Part shown: one piece after another, positions 35,357-45,475 of the stretch
Numbering within the stretch: position 1 is the stretch's first letter
Layout: the number at the start of each line of letters is the position of its first letter
Made by a program: the position numbers and the translations under genes
Notes under the pieces: generated by a model
Databases searched by the model: none
What the model was told of the DNA's origin: nothing
Seen by the model: the letters and a program-made list of their open reading frames with translations, nothing else
DNA from: a virus
Lineage: Duplodnaviria; Caudoviricetes
IMG/VR virus record: IMGVR_UViG_3300044675_003951
Coordinates: 1-55,701 of that record
Reading direction: 5' to 3' (one strand)
DNA length: 55,701 nucleotides

Positions 35357-36417
35357 TAGTTTTCCTCCTGGTCAGTGTCAGGTGTACTTACCTCGGATTT
35401 TTGATTTGCAAAGTCTTTCATGACAACATCCAAACAACCATCGGTGTTTGCTTCCCAGGCTTTGCGGAACTTCTTGATAATTTCGCCGTCGCTGGTGGTA
35501 AACACCAAGCTGTTGCCTTCTCGTTTGAGTAGGCCTTTTTTCTCAATCAGATCAGTAAGACCCGAATACGGACTCATGCCTGTTGTATAAGGAATCTTTA
35601 CTTGCACTCCTTCAAAAGGCTTGGCATAGCGTGTTTTCATGATCTTGCAGGCGGCGCGAATACCGTTGACTTCACTTACTTTGTTGCCATCTTCATCTTC
35701 TTTGAGTTTGAGTTTCTTCATAGCAACCACAATTGAGCTGGCGTAGATGAAACCTTGTCCTCCGGAGATCTTGTCATCGGGATCAAACATGTCTTGGCTT
35801 GCGTAGGTGTGATTGGTACAAACCATGCCAACATTGTAGCTGCCAAACATGTTGACACAATTGCGTACCAAACTTGTGAGTGCTTTGGGTTTGCGACCCA
35901 TATCGCCCTTCATATCGCCTGCTTCAAACTGATTCACATCAGTAGGAGTAAGCAACATACCCAGGCTGTCAATAACAAACATTACTTTGGGACGTTCGCC
36001 TTCGGGCAAGGCTTTGTAATCAATCATGAATGTGCTAATGGTTTTGGCAACGTCGTCGATCATGGCCATGCTTAGTTTGAGCAACTTGCTTTCGCTGGTG
36101 TCCACACCTAGAGCTTGTAACCAGGCTTCGTCAAGTGCATTCTCGCTGTCAACCAACACCACAAAGATACCTTGTTCTTGTGCGTTCTTCACAATGTTGC
36201 CGCTACAAATATAACTCTTGCCTGCGCCCGAGTCTCCGGCAAACACAGTGACCTTGCCCAGTGGAATACCACGGTTGAAGTCTCCTGAGATTAAGTAGTT
36301 CAAGGCATAGTTGCCTGTGCCAACCCAGTCAGTTGGATCGTTGAATCCAATGCTAAGGCCGTCGATACTTTTGGTGATTTCCTTGCGGAATTTGCTTATG
36401 TCAAATGGTTTACCCAT
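35356..36417 (-). CDS. uvsX: RecA/UvsX recombinase
   Basis: GDSGAGKS, DSENA, VIDSLG, GDMG, NHTY, SGGQG, KTR. Confidence 0.95.
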   Translation of the reverse strand: MGKPFDISKFRKEITKSIDGLSIGFNDPTDWVGTGNYALNYLISGDFNRGIPLGKVTVFAGDSGAGKSYICSGNIVKNAQEQGIFVVLVDSENALDEAWLQALGVDTSESKLLKLSMAMIDDVAKTISTFMIDYKALPEGERPKVMFVIDSLGMLLTPTDVNQFEAGDMKGDMGRKPKALTSLVRNCVNMFGSYNVGMVCTNHTYASQDMFDPDDKISGGQGFIYASSIVVAMKKLKLKEDEDGNKVSEVNGIRAACKIMKTRYAKPFEGVQVKIPYTTGMSPYSGLTDLIEKKGLLKREGNSLVFTTSDGEIIKKFRKAWEANTDGCLDVVMKDFANQKSEVSTPDTDQEEN

Positions 36418-36419
36418 GG

Positions 36420-37574
36420 TTAGTTTCCTTCTCTTAATTTGTATAATTCAGTGAAAATTTTACTGCTGTCAATGTTTCTTCGTTGATCCATTGTTTTTAT
36501 CTTTTTAAAAGATCCTGCTAAATCTTTTTCAAACGGTTGTTGTATATAACTCAACATGTTTTTATAACTATCTTCAAGTAGATACCCAGGATGGTCAGCT
36601 ACTCTCTGTTGTATCTTGCTCTTTAAGAATTGTAACACATGTTCTGGCAAATGTCTAATATTTAGGTATTCTGGACTCAACAGTGCTCCAATTATAAAAC
36701 TGTTGTTGTGGAACCCCAGATGTTTCAAGTAGTCCACACAATCAAATACAGAACGGTAGTTTAACAAAAACCAAAGCATGTTGAAACTAATTTTATGATC
36801 AAGCTGTTTTATTTTTTCTAAATTTTCTAAAAAATCTTCCCAGCGGCCACCGTATCTTATGTATTCGAACTCATCAGCCATGGTTTCCACACTCACAGTC
36901 CAGTGTACATTGGGAAATTCACAAATTTTATCAAACACTCGAGTATGAGTTTTGCTTAGGTTGGTATTGATTCGAAGATTTACATTGGGATTGGTTTTTT
37001 GCAATAGTTCTAATAGTTCTAAATTTTCTTTCATCAACAGCGGTTCGCCGCCGGCCATGTACACATGTTTGAGTGTGGGCGCATGATCAAAGATATATTG
37101 TTTAAACCGTGCCAGCTGTTCTAAATTTGGACGAACTACCGGTTGATTTAATTCATTGGCCCAGCGACTGCTAAATTCAGAGCTACAATACACACAGGCA
37201 AAATTGCACAAATTGGTCCATCGTACATCAATGGTGTGTAAGTCGTGTTGATCAAGTTGATAAGTGCTTAGTGGTATTCGTTTGAGTTCTCTTATGTAAA
37301 AAATTCTATCACTGATGATATCAAACCCTGTTTTATCATCTTCAAGATCATAACAAGTGTGGCAAGTTTTTACTGGCTGGTTGTTCAACATGCGTTGTTG
37401 TGTGTCAAGATTAATATCACTGTGTAGAATTTCTTCAATGGTATTGTGTTTGAGGTTGCCTAGTTCTCCGGCACTGCGAATACAATTTTTTACTTTGCCG
37501 TCAACATTGTACATCAACCCAGTCCACGGCATGGGACAAAAATTCCGATTGGTTAACACATCTTTGGGCGTCAC
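36420..37574 (-). CDS. Radical SAM enzyme with N-terminal SPASM/twitch-like domain
   Basis: FCPMPW..KNC..CHTC; CNFACVYC; AGGEPL; EYIRYG. Confidence 0.92.
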   Translation of the reverse strand: MTPKDVLTNRNFCPMPWTGLMYNVDGKVKNCIRSAGELGNLKHNTIEEILHSDINLDTQQRMLNNQPVKTCHTCYDLEDDKTGFDIISDRIFYIRELKRIPLSTYQLDQHDLHTIDVRWTNLCNFACVYCSSEFSSRWANELNQPVVRPNLEQLARFKQYIFDHAPTLKHVYMAGGEPLLMKENLELLELLQKTNPNVNLRINTNLSKTHTRVFDKICEFPNVHWTVSVETMADEFEYIRYGGRWEDFLENLEKIKQLDHKISFNMLWFLLNYRSVFDCVDYLKHLGFHNNSFIIGALLSPEYLNIRHLPEHVLQFLKSKIQQRVADHPGYLLEDSYKNMLSYIQQPFEKDLAGSFKKIKTMDQRRNIDSSKIFTELYKLREGN

Positions 37575-38110
37575 AGTGGTCCTAAAGAAATATCTGAAAT
37601 TCTAAGATTGTTATCAGTGGCCATGTTCAATAACGCCAACAAGGTCCTGGCCCAGTTGTCAACGTCAGCAGCCGGAGGCACTGTTTTGTCCGGGCTAGTG
37701 GCAATATTGCCAGGGCGAACTATGGTAATCTTTACACCAAGATCTCGATGTCGTATTTGCCCCACGGCTTCTTCTAATGTGACTTTTTGCAAACGATAAT
37801 GGTCCATATCTAGTCCAGGCAATGGTGATACAGGGTGCTGTGTCATCATGGTGCTGATTACAATGATTTGTTTCCTGGTGCCTTGCCATCGCTGTGCCAT
37901 TTCAAACAACAACTCAGTCTGTGCATATCCAGCCTGTGCGTTGTTAATAAAAACATCGCAAGGTTCAATCTGATCACAAATCTTAGGAGTATTACGAATG
38001 TTGTTGCCGTTGCGCTGACTTAGACCTATAATTTTGTGGCCACCAAGTTCATATTGTTCAGCAAGAGCCTGACCTATGCCTGCTGTGTGTCCAGTGATTG
38101 CTATTTTCAT
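37571..38110 (-). CDS. Short-chain dehydrogenase/reductase (compact)
   Basis: ITGHTAGIG, FINNA, YRLQK (YxxxK), RPG. Confidence 0.85.
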   Translation of the reverse strand: MKIAITGHTAGIGQALAEQYELGGHKIIGLSQRNGNNIRNTPKICDQIEPCDVFINNAQAGYAQTELLFEMAQRWQGTRKQIIVISTMMTQHPVSPLPGLDMDHYRLQKVTLEEAVGQIRHRDLGVKITIVRPGNIATSPDKTVPPAADVDNWARTLLALLNMATDNNLRISDISLGPL

Positions 38111-38991
38111 ACTATGCCTCTTAGGTCTTTTTGCTGTTGTATGTAGTTGTGTCTTGCTACTAGGTCTTCATTATCCACTGACAGTTCATACGGTTGTTTG
38201 AGATATGCATAACTGTGATCTATGCCATGTTCCTGTGCAAAAGACTGTATGTTAGGCAGATCATCTACATTTAATACACTAACTGTGGTCCATAAATTTA
38301 ACTTAACAGGCATTTTCTTGTATGTCATTAAATTGTTGTAGAATGTATCCCACTTGATGGGCCAACGCACAAATTCGTGAACTGGTCCGATACCGTCACA
38401 ACTTACTGTGACTGTTACCTCTATTCCAAGATTGGCAATATCAGTCAGCTCAGATAGTACCACGTTGCAATTTGTATTAAGTCTGAGTGTTTTTAAGTTT
38501 GGCGGAAGATTTGCAAGTAGTCGTTTGTAATTTTTACTGTAGCTGGGCTCGCCGCCGTTGATGTCCAAATGCACAATACGATGTTGCGGAAGATTCCAAA
38601 ATTGATTGCTGTTATTTACTATGGGAAAAATTTTCCCAGCAAGTGCTCCAATACGAGTACTACATTCTGGACCACATGTTTGACAAGCAGCATTGCATAT
38701 ATTGTCCAGGACACCACCTATCTGCAAGTAATCTCTTTGTGTTTCGTTTTGATCAACTGCTAGTGCGTAGGTTCTTATACTGCTGAGATTTTGTTGCTCG
38801 ATTTCCTGGCATCGACTACATTCCTTGGGCCAAATGTTGTTGTTGAATTGTTCTTTTATATTGTGCAGCCAGGGACTAGAATCCATTGCTTCTATCGAAC
38901 TAAATTGTGCTGGAGAAATCATGTGCCCGCAACGACTTATTGTTCCGTTGGAATTGAATCTTACAAAATGATCAAGTCTTGGGCAATGCAT
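38107..38991 (-). CDS. Radical SAM enzyme with N-terminal Cys-rich domain
   Basis: HCPRL..RCGH..CSRC; CNAACQTC; NGGEPS; SCDGIG..EFVRWP. Confidence 0.9.
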   Translation of the reverse strand: MHCPRLDHFVRFNSNGTISRCGHMISPAQFSSIEAMDSSPWLHNIKEQFNNNIWPKECSRCQEIEQQNLSSIRTYALAVDQNETQRDYLQIGGVLDNICNAACQTCGPECSTRIGALAGKIFPIVNNSNQFWNLPQHRIVHLDINGGEPSYSKNYKRLLANLPPNLKTLRLNTNCNVVLSELTDIANLGIEVTVTVSCDGIGPVHEFVRWPIKWDTFYNNLMTYKKMPVKLNLWTTVSVLNVDDLPNIQSFAQEHGIDHSYAYLKQPYELSVDNEDLVARHNYIQQQKDLRGIV

Positions 38992-39628
38992 CAAATATTC
39001 TATATGTTCTTTCAAAAATTAACTCGTACAAATCGTGATGAGTATTTTTAATATCGACCACTAGATCAACAAATGTTGTTTGTGTTCCAATACGTTCAAT
39101 CAACAGTTGATCCAATAAAAAATATAACTCAAGTTGGCCCCATGGAAACTTTTGTATGCTTGTTAAAAATTCTTCAGTAGGAGCAGCTATGTCGGCACGA
39201 TTTTTGCGATGAGTTAATTGATCAATATCATTGATGTGTTGAAATTTTAACGGGGCCCTGCTATAACGAGACAAGTTAATTAACCAAAAAAATTGTGGTG
39301 CATAATGTCTATTTAAAAACAAGTACTTTTCTACAAAAAACAAGATTGTTCTAGTGTCAAGATCTTTATAATCTCTATGACAATGCTGTAAAAAAGTGTT
39401 TACACCGCTGATAAATCTTTCTTTTGGATCTCGAAGAAAAACTGTTATAGGAGTTTGAATCTTAGATATCTCTGATTCGTTTATTATTTTCCAACCTAGA
39501 TCAACTGCTGATTCAGTCAGTGATGAACTACCATTTTTAAAAATTGGATAGACAAATACCTGCGAGGGTATTATTTCTAACACCTCGCAGGTATTTGGAA
39601 AAATAGTTTTATCTATCTCACCAAACAT
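38972..39628 (-). CDS. Sulfotransferase family 2-like protein
   Basis: YPIFKNGSSSL (5'-PSB-like), FLRDPKERFISG (3'-PB), HYAPQ. Confidence 0.7.
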   Translation of the reverse strand: MFGEIDKTIFPNTCEVLEIIPSQVFVYPIFKNGSSSLTESAVDLGWKIINESEISKIQTPITVFLRDPKERFISGVNTFLQHCHRDYKDLDTRTILFFVEKYLFLNRHYAPQFFWLINLSRYSRAPLKFQHINDIDQLTHRKNRADIAAPTEEFLTSIQKFPWGQLELYFLLDQLLIERIGTQTTFVDLVVDIKNTHHDLYELIFERTYRIFDALPKT

Positions 39629-39631
39629 CAA

Positions 39632-40624
39632 TTACTTGGCTTGCCGAGCCCGAATCATTGCAAGGATGTCTTCGGCCTTTTGATTGCTGGCTGCTGGCTT
39701 GGTAACCAAGGATTCAGCTGCCGCTGCTGCATCATCTTCCCAGGCAGGGCTAGATGCAGCAGGTTTTGCCACAGGCGCAGTGCGAGCAGCAGGTGCTGCT
39801 TCTGCATCGTCGTTGCTGGCAGCAGCGCCGCCGGGTGCATTGACACCAGCAGGACGGAAATACTGACCCCAACGCTCTGTGTCGTACGGCTGACCATCTA
39901 CGCTGGCTTCAAACATTTCTTTGATCACTTTGAGCTCAACATCGCCTGGTTTCTTGGGCAAGAACGTGCTCAAATCAAACAAGCCGTGTGCATCAATTGC
40001 TGCTTGCTCAGTTTCAGTCAGTGCCGATTCCTTGCGAGCCCACTTACTGGTGTTGTAGTCTGCGTAACCACCCTTTTGAGTCTTGGCAATACGGAAGTCC
40101 AGGCCACGCAGTGTGTCTGTTGGCAATTCTTCCAGTTCTGGATCCATCAAGGCACCCTTGATCAAGGTAAACAACTGTGGGCCAATGATGAACTTGCGGA
40201 TTGGATTGTCCGGAGTTTTGTCGTCACCAATGGGGTTTTCACGCACAAAACCCTGCATGATGTAGCTGCGCTTTTTCCAGTACTTACGACCCATGTCTTC
40301 CAGACTCTTGTCCTTGAACCAGGTGCGTACTTCTGCCAAGATTGGGCAAGCATCGCCCCACATCTCAACGCATGGTACCTGTACCATGACTTGTTTTGAA
40401 TCCATCTCACCTTTGACGCCATTGAATGGCAGTCGAATCATTGCTCGTTCTGCCCAAAAGAATGTGTTTTTTGTGTTACCGTCGGGGAGGAAGCGTAGTG
40501 AGGCTGCTTGGCCTTCTTCCATGTTCCAGTGCGGGTAAATTGACTTGTCGCCACCGCCTGTGTTGTTAGAACCTTTGTTCTCTGCGGCCTGTAGCCGTGC
40601 GCGGATTTCTGCTAGTGATGCCAT
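39632..40624 (-). CDS. ssb: Single-stranded DNA-binding protein (T4 gp32-like)
   Basis: LRFLP, C...CPI, YWKKRSY, GLDFRIAK..KGGYADY..SKW, Ala/Pro/Asp linker. Confidence 0.88.
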   Translation of the reverse strand: MASLAEIRARLQAAENKGSNNTGGGDKSIYPHWNMEEGQAASLRFLPDGNTKNTFFWAERAMIRLPFNGVKGEMDSKQVMVQVPCVEMWGDACPILAEVRTWFKDKSLEDMGRKYWKKRSYIMQGFVRENPIGDDKTPDNPIRKFIIGPQLFTLIKGALMDPELEELPTDTLRGLDFRIAKTQKGGYADYNTSKWARKESALTETEQAAIDAHGLFDLSTFLPKKPGDVELKVIKEMFEASVDGQPYDTERWGQYFRPAGVNAPGGAAASNDDAEAAPAARTAPVAKPAASSPAWEDDAAAAAESLVTKPAASNQKAEDILAMIRARQAK

Positions 40625-40805
40625 ATTGTGTTGCCTTTCTGTGCGTTAATATGATTTAAAATTTAAGTAAAAACTTAAATGCTGCCTACAAGGTTATTTT
40701 AACACAGCTTGTCTGTGTTTCCTACCACTAAAGGTAGTGAACTTTGCCTATCTAGTTGTTTACGGAAGGGCATGCCACTACACGCCCTTCTTTGTTTTAT
40801 TTATG
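40625..40805 (-). promoter_or_regulatory. Long structured 5' leader of ssb (candidate autoregulatory operator)
   Basis: TAAATA 40803-40798; hairpins GAAGGGCGTGT/GCATGCCCTTC, AACACAG/CTGTGTT, ATTTAAGT/ACTTAAAT; AGGCA three times; AU-rich stretch before ATG. Confidence 0.55.
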
Positions 40806-43145
40806 TTATTTGATTAAAGCCAAAGATTTTATTCTTGCCAAAGTTGATTCATAAAAGCTGTCGGTTACTGCACCACGATGATCCATTGGGTCCTGGCCAG
40901 CTTCTGCCGTTATCGCCTTGCCGACTGCTTTAACAGGTGCAGTAACTGCACCTACAGCGCTACCGGCTACTTGACCAACAGCTTTCCCTGCTGTCTGAGC
41001 TACTGCACCAGCGGCCTTAAATGGTGCGGCTATTGCTTTAACAGCCATAGTAGGTAAGAATTTAGCTGCTTCTGCTCCAATTTTAATTGCTTCGGCTGAC
41101 CCTGCTTGATCCAATTTATGATGGAATGATCCAGGACTCTGTACAAATTCTTTCCACTGTTGGGCATCTGGTGCAATGATGGTGCCGGAACTGTACATAT
41201 CATACCCAACTGGTTGGTTTTGCTTGTCTACTATTACAGCGCCAGTGCGTGATGCATTTGGTTTCGATGTATAACCAAGCAAGTCAAGGGCTGGTACTTG
41301 ATTTATGTCGCCGCCTCTGAAATGCTGAAACTCTCCCGAATCTTCACTAAGTTGATTACCTTTGCCCATAACAGGAGCTATGCCGCCTGCTACTGTGCCC
41401 ATTTCGTACACACCACATTCCATCAAACCATGCTCTGGGCAATATTCACCTTCTGTGGTCATGTTGCAACTGCTTTCGGCTACCGGAGCGGCAAATCCAC
41501 TCATGACTTCAAATGTGGAGATTGGATCAGCTTCGGGCATGATCATGCCTGAGTTGCTTTCATTGATACCAAGTTCTTGATCCAGGCGATTAGTTATCCA
41601 TTCGTATGGATCACCTGTGCGAGCTTTGGCAATGCCATATGGAATCTCTCCCTTGTCCGAATAGTAGTCATACAATGCATCGTAGAGATTGTCATCGAGA
41701 TCAGCACCTTGTTCAAACTGTGCAACTTCGTGTTTGAAACGGTCTAGGATGTGTGTGAGTGTTTCTCCTGATTCATCCAGCACTCGGCTTTCAACCACAG
41801 GCAGTCCTGCATCTTTGCGCATTTTGTTGAGTTGTTCTGCCACTGGGGGTGCCACTGGTGCTGGTTGTGCTGCAGGTGCTGCTGTGTCAGGTGCTGGTTC
41901 TTGTGCTGCTGGCTCAGCGGGCTCAGACATCTGGATACCCAGTTCCTCCAAGCGATCCATGACTTCAGTATCGTCCCAGACATTGGCTCTGGGATCTCTC
42001 TCGGCCAGGTCACCCAGTCGATCAAACAGGATATCATCGCCTATCAAGTCATACAGTTGTTCAGTAGCATTGGTAGCATCAGGCCCCACAATAAGTTCTG
42101 TGGCCATGAGTTCTTTGAGCCGGTTCAATTGCTCAGGTGTTTCAGGCAAACTCCAGGTACCTTCTGTTATGCTGTTGATCCAGTTTTCAAAAATTTGTGC
42201 TTCTTTCATAGCGTTTCCTTGTTGTTGTATTCTGGCCAACAGTGGCAATGCTGCCTCAATTCGTGTGTCCAGGGTCTGTTCAATGAACAGTGTTTTGATA
42301 TCTTCTACCAGCTCTTGTTGTTCGTCAATAGTAGCAGGATGCCAAGTTTCAAAATACGCATTATAACCACGAGGGCTGGCCATGCGTTTCATGTTTTCAC
42401 GCAGACTTTTGTAGTAGGTCTGTGCTTCGGTAACCAATTCTTTTGTAGTGCCTTCCAGCATGCGACTAGCACTAGCACGGTTAAAACGACTCAGTGTGGC
42501 AATTTCCATGACCATTTCAGAAATATGTACTCCGCGCACATCATAAGGATTACCACCTTGACGCACATGTTCCAGCATGGCCCGGCCGCCAGCCAAGTTC
42601 TTGAATGCCAGTTTGAATCGTTGGCTGTCTGCTGTTTCAATAAACAAACTTTCCACGTATCGAAAGCGTGCATCGGCTTCGCCTAGCGTGCGATTGTGTT
42701 TGATCATGAGTCTGGCCTCAGTGGGTTCGCCAGCATAACTGATTTTGCGTGTGCCATAGTAGCCTTCGAACAGGCCTTCTTGTATGGCTGCAAGCCCTTG
42801 CATGGTATGCTTGAGTTGATTTAGGTCTTTGGCAGTGTAGGTCCAACGGTGCATGCGGGCAAATTTGCTGAGATGTTGTTGAAAGTCAAAGAACTCGTCT
42901 TTGTCGTCGCCTTCCATGGCTCTGCCCAGATTGTCACCGTAAAACACTTTCATGTCGTTTTCAGAGTCTAGAATAACAACCATGGTGCCATAGTTCTTGC
43001 CGCTGCCGCTCACATAGTCAAATGTAAATGTTTTGGCGTCTTCTGATTCAGACGGTTTGCCCTGTCGATCCAGCATTTCTGGGGCGAAATTACGAGTGAC
43101 CAGTAGGTTATCGAGCTGTGTTGAAATGTTCTGTTCTTGTGCCAT
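40806..43145 (-). CDS. Large acidic probable head/core virion protein
   Basis: TAAATA 7 nt before ATG; many hydrophobic-X-E sites; Pro/Ala linker; next to terminase. Confidence 0.55.
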   Translation of the reverse strand: MAQEQNISTQLDNLLVTRNFAPEMLDRQGKPSESEDAKTFTFDYVSGSGKNYGTMVVILDSENDMKVFYGDNLGRAMEGDDKDEFFDFQQHLSKFARMHRWTYTAKDLNQLKHTMQGLAAIQEGLFEGYYGTRKISYAGEPTEARLMIKHNRTLGEADARFRYVESLFIETADSQRFKLAFKNLAGGRAMLEHVRQGGNPYDVRGVHISEMVMEIATLSRFNRASASRMLEGTTKELVTEAQTYYKSLRENMKRMASPRGYNAYFETWHPATIDEQQELVEDIKTLFIEQTLDTRIEAALPLLARIQQQGNAMKEAQIFENWINSITEGTWSLPETPEQLNRLKELMATELIVGPDATNATEQLYDLIGDDILFDRLGDLAERDPRANVWDDTEVMDRLEELGIQMSEPAEPAAQEPAPDTAAPAAQPAPVAPPVAEQLNKMRKDAGLPVVESRVLDESGETLTHILDRFKHEVAQFEQGADLDDNLYDALYDYYSDKGEIPYGIAKARTGDPYEWITNRLDQELGINESNSGMIMPEADPISTFEVMSGFAAPVAESSCNMTTEGEYCPEHGLMECGVYEMGTVAGGIAPVMGKGNQLSEDSGEFQHFRGGDINQVPALDLLGYTSKPNASRTGAVIVDKQNQPVGYDMYSSGTIIAPDAQQWKEFVQSPGSFHHKLDQAGSAEAIKIGAEAAKFLPTMAVKAIAAPFKAAGAVAQTAGKAVGQVAGSAVGAVTAPVKAVGKAITAEAGQDPMDHRGAVTDSFYESTLARIKSLALIK

Positions 43146-43155
43146 GATAGTGTAT

Positions 43156-44745
43156 TTAGCGCATGATGCTGATGAACGGCAGCGGTTCTATAATGTTGTC
43201 CGAATGATCTTTAAGGTGCGAGTCCAGGTCAGAATGGTAGGTTTGCAGCAGCATTAACATGCGTGTGACCAGCAAACTGGCCATCACAAGATCATCTGTT
43301 TCGCCTGGTTTAGCAGCATAGCTGGTGCCATTGGCCACAAAACTTTTGAGTTCTGTCAGCAAGGGTTTGCTGTAGATCTTCATGCGACCGGATTCTATTA
43401 GGATTTTCATTTTGCTGCAAGCGCTGATCTTGCTTTTGTTAGTGGTAGTAAATCCCTTGCGGATTCGGCGCCCGCTGCTGCCCTGCACACTGTTGTCGCT
43501 TAGAAAATAACCTGGAATATTCTCTTCTCCATACTCGTTGATGCTGATCAGTGCTGCTTCGCCAAGTGTGTTGTTTTCCACAGAATAATAAATGCTTTTG
43601 TTGTCTTTGGTAACTGCATGTATTTCTTTCACAATGTCTGCTAGAATTTTAACTTGTGTGGGCACATCAGTTTTGTTGTGACACCACTCTGCCACTTGCT
43701 CAGTAGTGTCTGCTTCAAACACCTGTATAGCTGCGGGGTCGCTGCCTGTGCCCAAACTGGGATCCAGTGCAACAATATACATTTTGTCTTTGCGTATGGG
43801 TTTGTACCAGCGTACTTGCCCAGATTTGTGCGTGGGTTCTATACCTTCGAGCTCTAGCAATTTAAGTGGAGAGATTAATGTTTCGTCGTTGATAACAAAA
43901 TCACAATCCATTTCTCGACGAAAACGTTCTTCGCCCAGTTGAGATCTTTGTTCTGCTGCCCAGACTTCGTCTCGGTCAGGGTGCTCACGCCAGAACGCAC
44001 GAAATGCTTTGAAACCGTTGATACCAAGACCATTGGCTCGTTGATTTCCAAATTCATCTTGAGTCTTTAAAGCACCTTTCCAGATGTAGGCAAATTGATC
44101 CTCATCTGAATTTGGGGTCGAAGTAATAATAGCTTTACCACCAGTGCTGAGTGTGGGTGTGATTGACGTCCAAAACTCTTTGGCAATGGTGGGTCGCACG
44201 AATGCAAACTCGTCTAGGTACAGCAGCGTAATACTCATACCGCGACCTGTGTTCTCCGTAGTGGTTTGACTCACAATGCGTGATCCATTATCAAACTCCA
44301 AGGAACCTTTGTTGTAACTGGTGGCACCTGCTCTGATATGATTGGGACACAATTCATATGCATAACGAATACGCTGCATGATTTCTTGTGCCCCCAGGTA
44401 TTTGTGTGCTGCTATCAGGATGGTTGCATCTGGCACAAACATAGCATACCATAACAAGTAACCCGCAGCACTGGTTGACTTGCCTGTTTGTCGTGGCATC
44501 AAGCTGATACTAAAACGATTTTGGTGATAGTTGTTGATCAAGCGCTTTTGATACTCAAAAGGATGGTACAACATCTTGCCCCGAACAGGATGTTGGATGT
44601 AAAAGAAGTTGTCCATAAAGTGCATGGGTCCAGTAACTGGATCTGCACATTTGGCAAAGTCTTCGAGTTCGGACTCAGAGTAAGTTTCTCTACGGTGAGG
44701 TGCTTTTACAAGCACTGTATCAAGTGTATTTTTCGCGCCAATCAT
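43156..44745 (-). CDS. terL: Terminase large subunit (T4 gp17-like)
   Basis: YQ adenine-binding motif, MPRQTGKS, LLYLDEFAF, ITSTPN, ALDPSLG and DDLVMA nuclease motifs. Confidence 0.96.
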   Translation of the reverse strand: MIGAKNTLDTVLVKAPHRRETYSESELEDFAKCADPVTGPMHFMDNFFYIQHPVRGKMLYHPFEYQKRLINNYHQNRFSISLMPRQTGKSTSAAGYLLWYAMFVPDATILIAAHKYLGAQEIMQRIRYAYELCPNHIRAGATSYNKGSLEFDNGSRIVSQTTTENTGRGMSITLLYLDEFAFVRPTIAKEFWTSITPTLSTGGKAIITSTPNSDEDQFAYIWKGALKTQDEFGNQRANGLGINGFKAFRAFWREHPDRDEVWAAEQRSQLGEERFRREMDCDFVINDETLISPLKLLELEGIEPTHKSGQVRWYKPIRKDKMYIVALDPSLGTGSDPAAIQVFEADTTEQVAEWCHNKTDVPTQVKILADIVKEIHAVTKDNKSIYYSVENNTLGEAALISINEYGEENIPGYFLSDNSVQGSSGRRIRKGFTTTNKSKISACSKMKILIESGRMKIYSKPLLTELKSFVANGTSYAAKPGETDDLVMASLLVTRMLMLLQTYHSDLDSHLKDHSDNIIEPLPFISIMR

Positions 44746-45475
44746 TCAGCATTTTCTCCGCAATTCGTTTATGTATGATAGGGCCGCCGTGCATGAAGTC
44801 ACGTGCATATCCTATTTCATCTCGACTCCAAGACATGTGATACTGTGCTCGCTCAATCAAGCATGGCACATTATTTTCAGCACACAGTTGTTTGATAGCT
44901 AGACAATTTTTTAATTGATTGAGTCTTGTGTTTTCATTGTTCAAGAGCCAGTGTTTTATAAACGTATCATTACTAGAAAAAATTGCCGAATTAGTTTCAG
45001 GCATTATCACATCTGCTGGCAAGTGGTAGACATTTTTGTCTAGTAATATCTCAAATCGATTGTCAGGCGGTGCCAGCATCGCAACAATTTTTGGCTGCTG
45101 CTGAGGTAGCCAGTACTCAAGCAATCTGAAACAGGTGTCTGAGCTATTGCCTCCCCAGGCCAGGTTAACAACTCTTACTCCAAGCTCATTTCCCAACAAG
45201 GTAGGCCAAATAGATTCAATAGGTAACCCTATTCCCAGTGTAAAGCTGCAACCCAACGCAATCATACATGGTGTATCATCAAACTCGTCACACCGAAATC
45301 CTTTGCTGTTGATTTTGTAGGTAATGGCTCCGGGCTTGTCCCAACCCATTTGTGCAAAATATTTCTGATGCTCAGGATCTTGCATGAGTTGTTGAAAATT
45401 TTCTTTGGTATCAGTTGGCAACCATTCTTGCACCGTGTTTGCATGATATGTTCCAAAATGCCAAGGTGCCGTCAT
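44720..45475 (-). CDS. SGNH/GDSL-hydrolase-like protein
   Basis: YKINSKGFR, ALGCSFT, VNLAWGGNS, RDFMHGG; start refined to 45475 (ATGA overlap). Confidence 0.7.
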   Translation of the reverse strand: MTAPWHFGTYHANTVQEWLPTDTKENFQQLMQDPEHQKYFAQMGWDKPGAITYKINSKGFRCDEFDDTPCMIALGCSFTLGIGLPIESIWPTLLGNELGVRVVNLAWGGNSSDTCFRLLEYWLPQQQPKIVAMLAPPDNRFEILLDKNVYHLPADVIMPETNSAIFSSNDTFIKHWLLNNENTRLNQLKNCLAIKQLCAENNVPCLIERAQYHMSWSRDEIGYARDFMHGGPIIHKRIAEKMLNDWREKYT

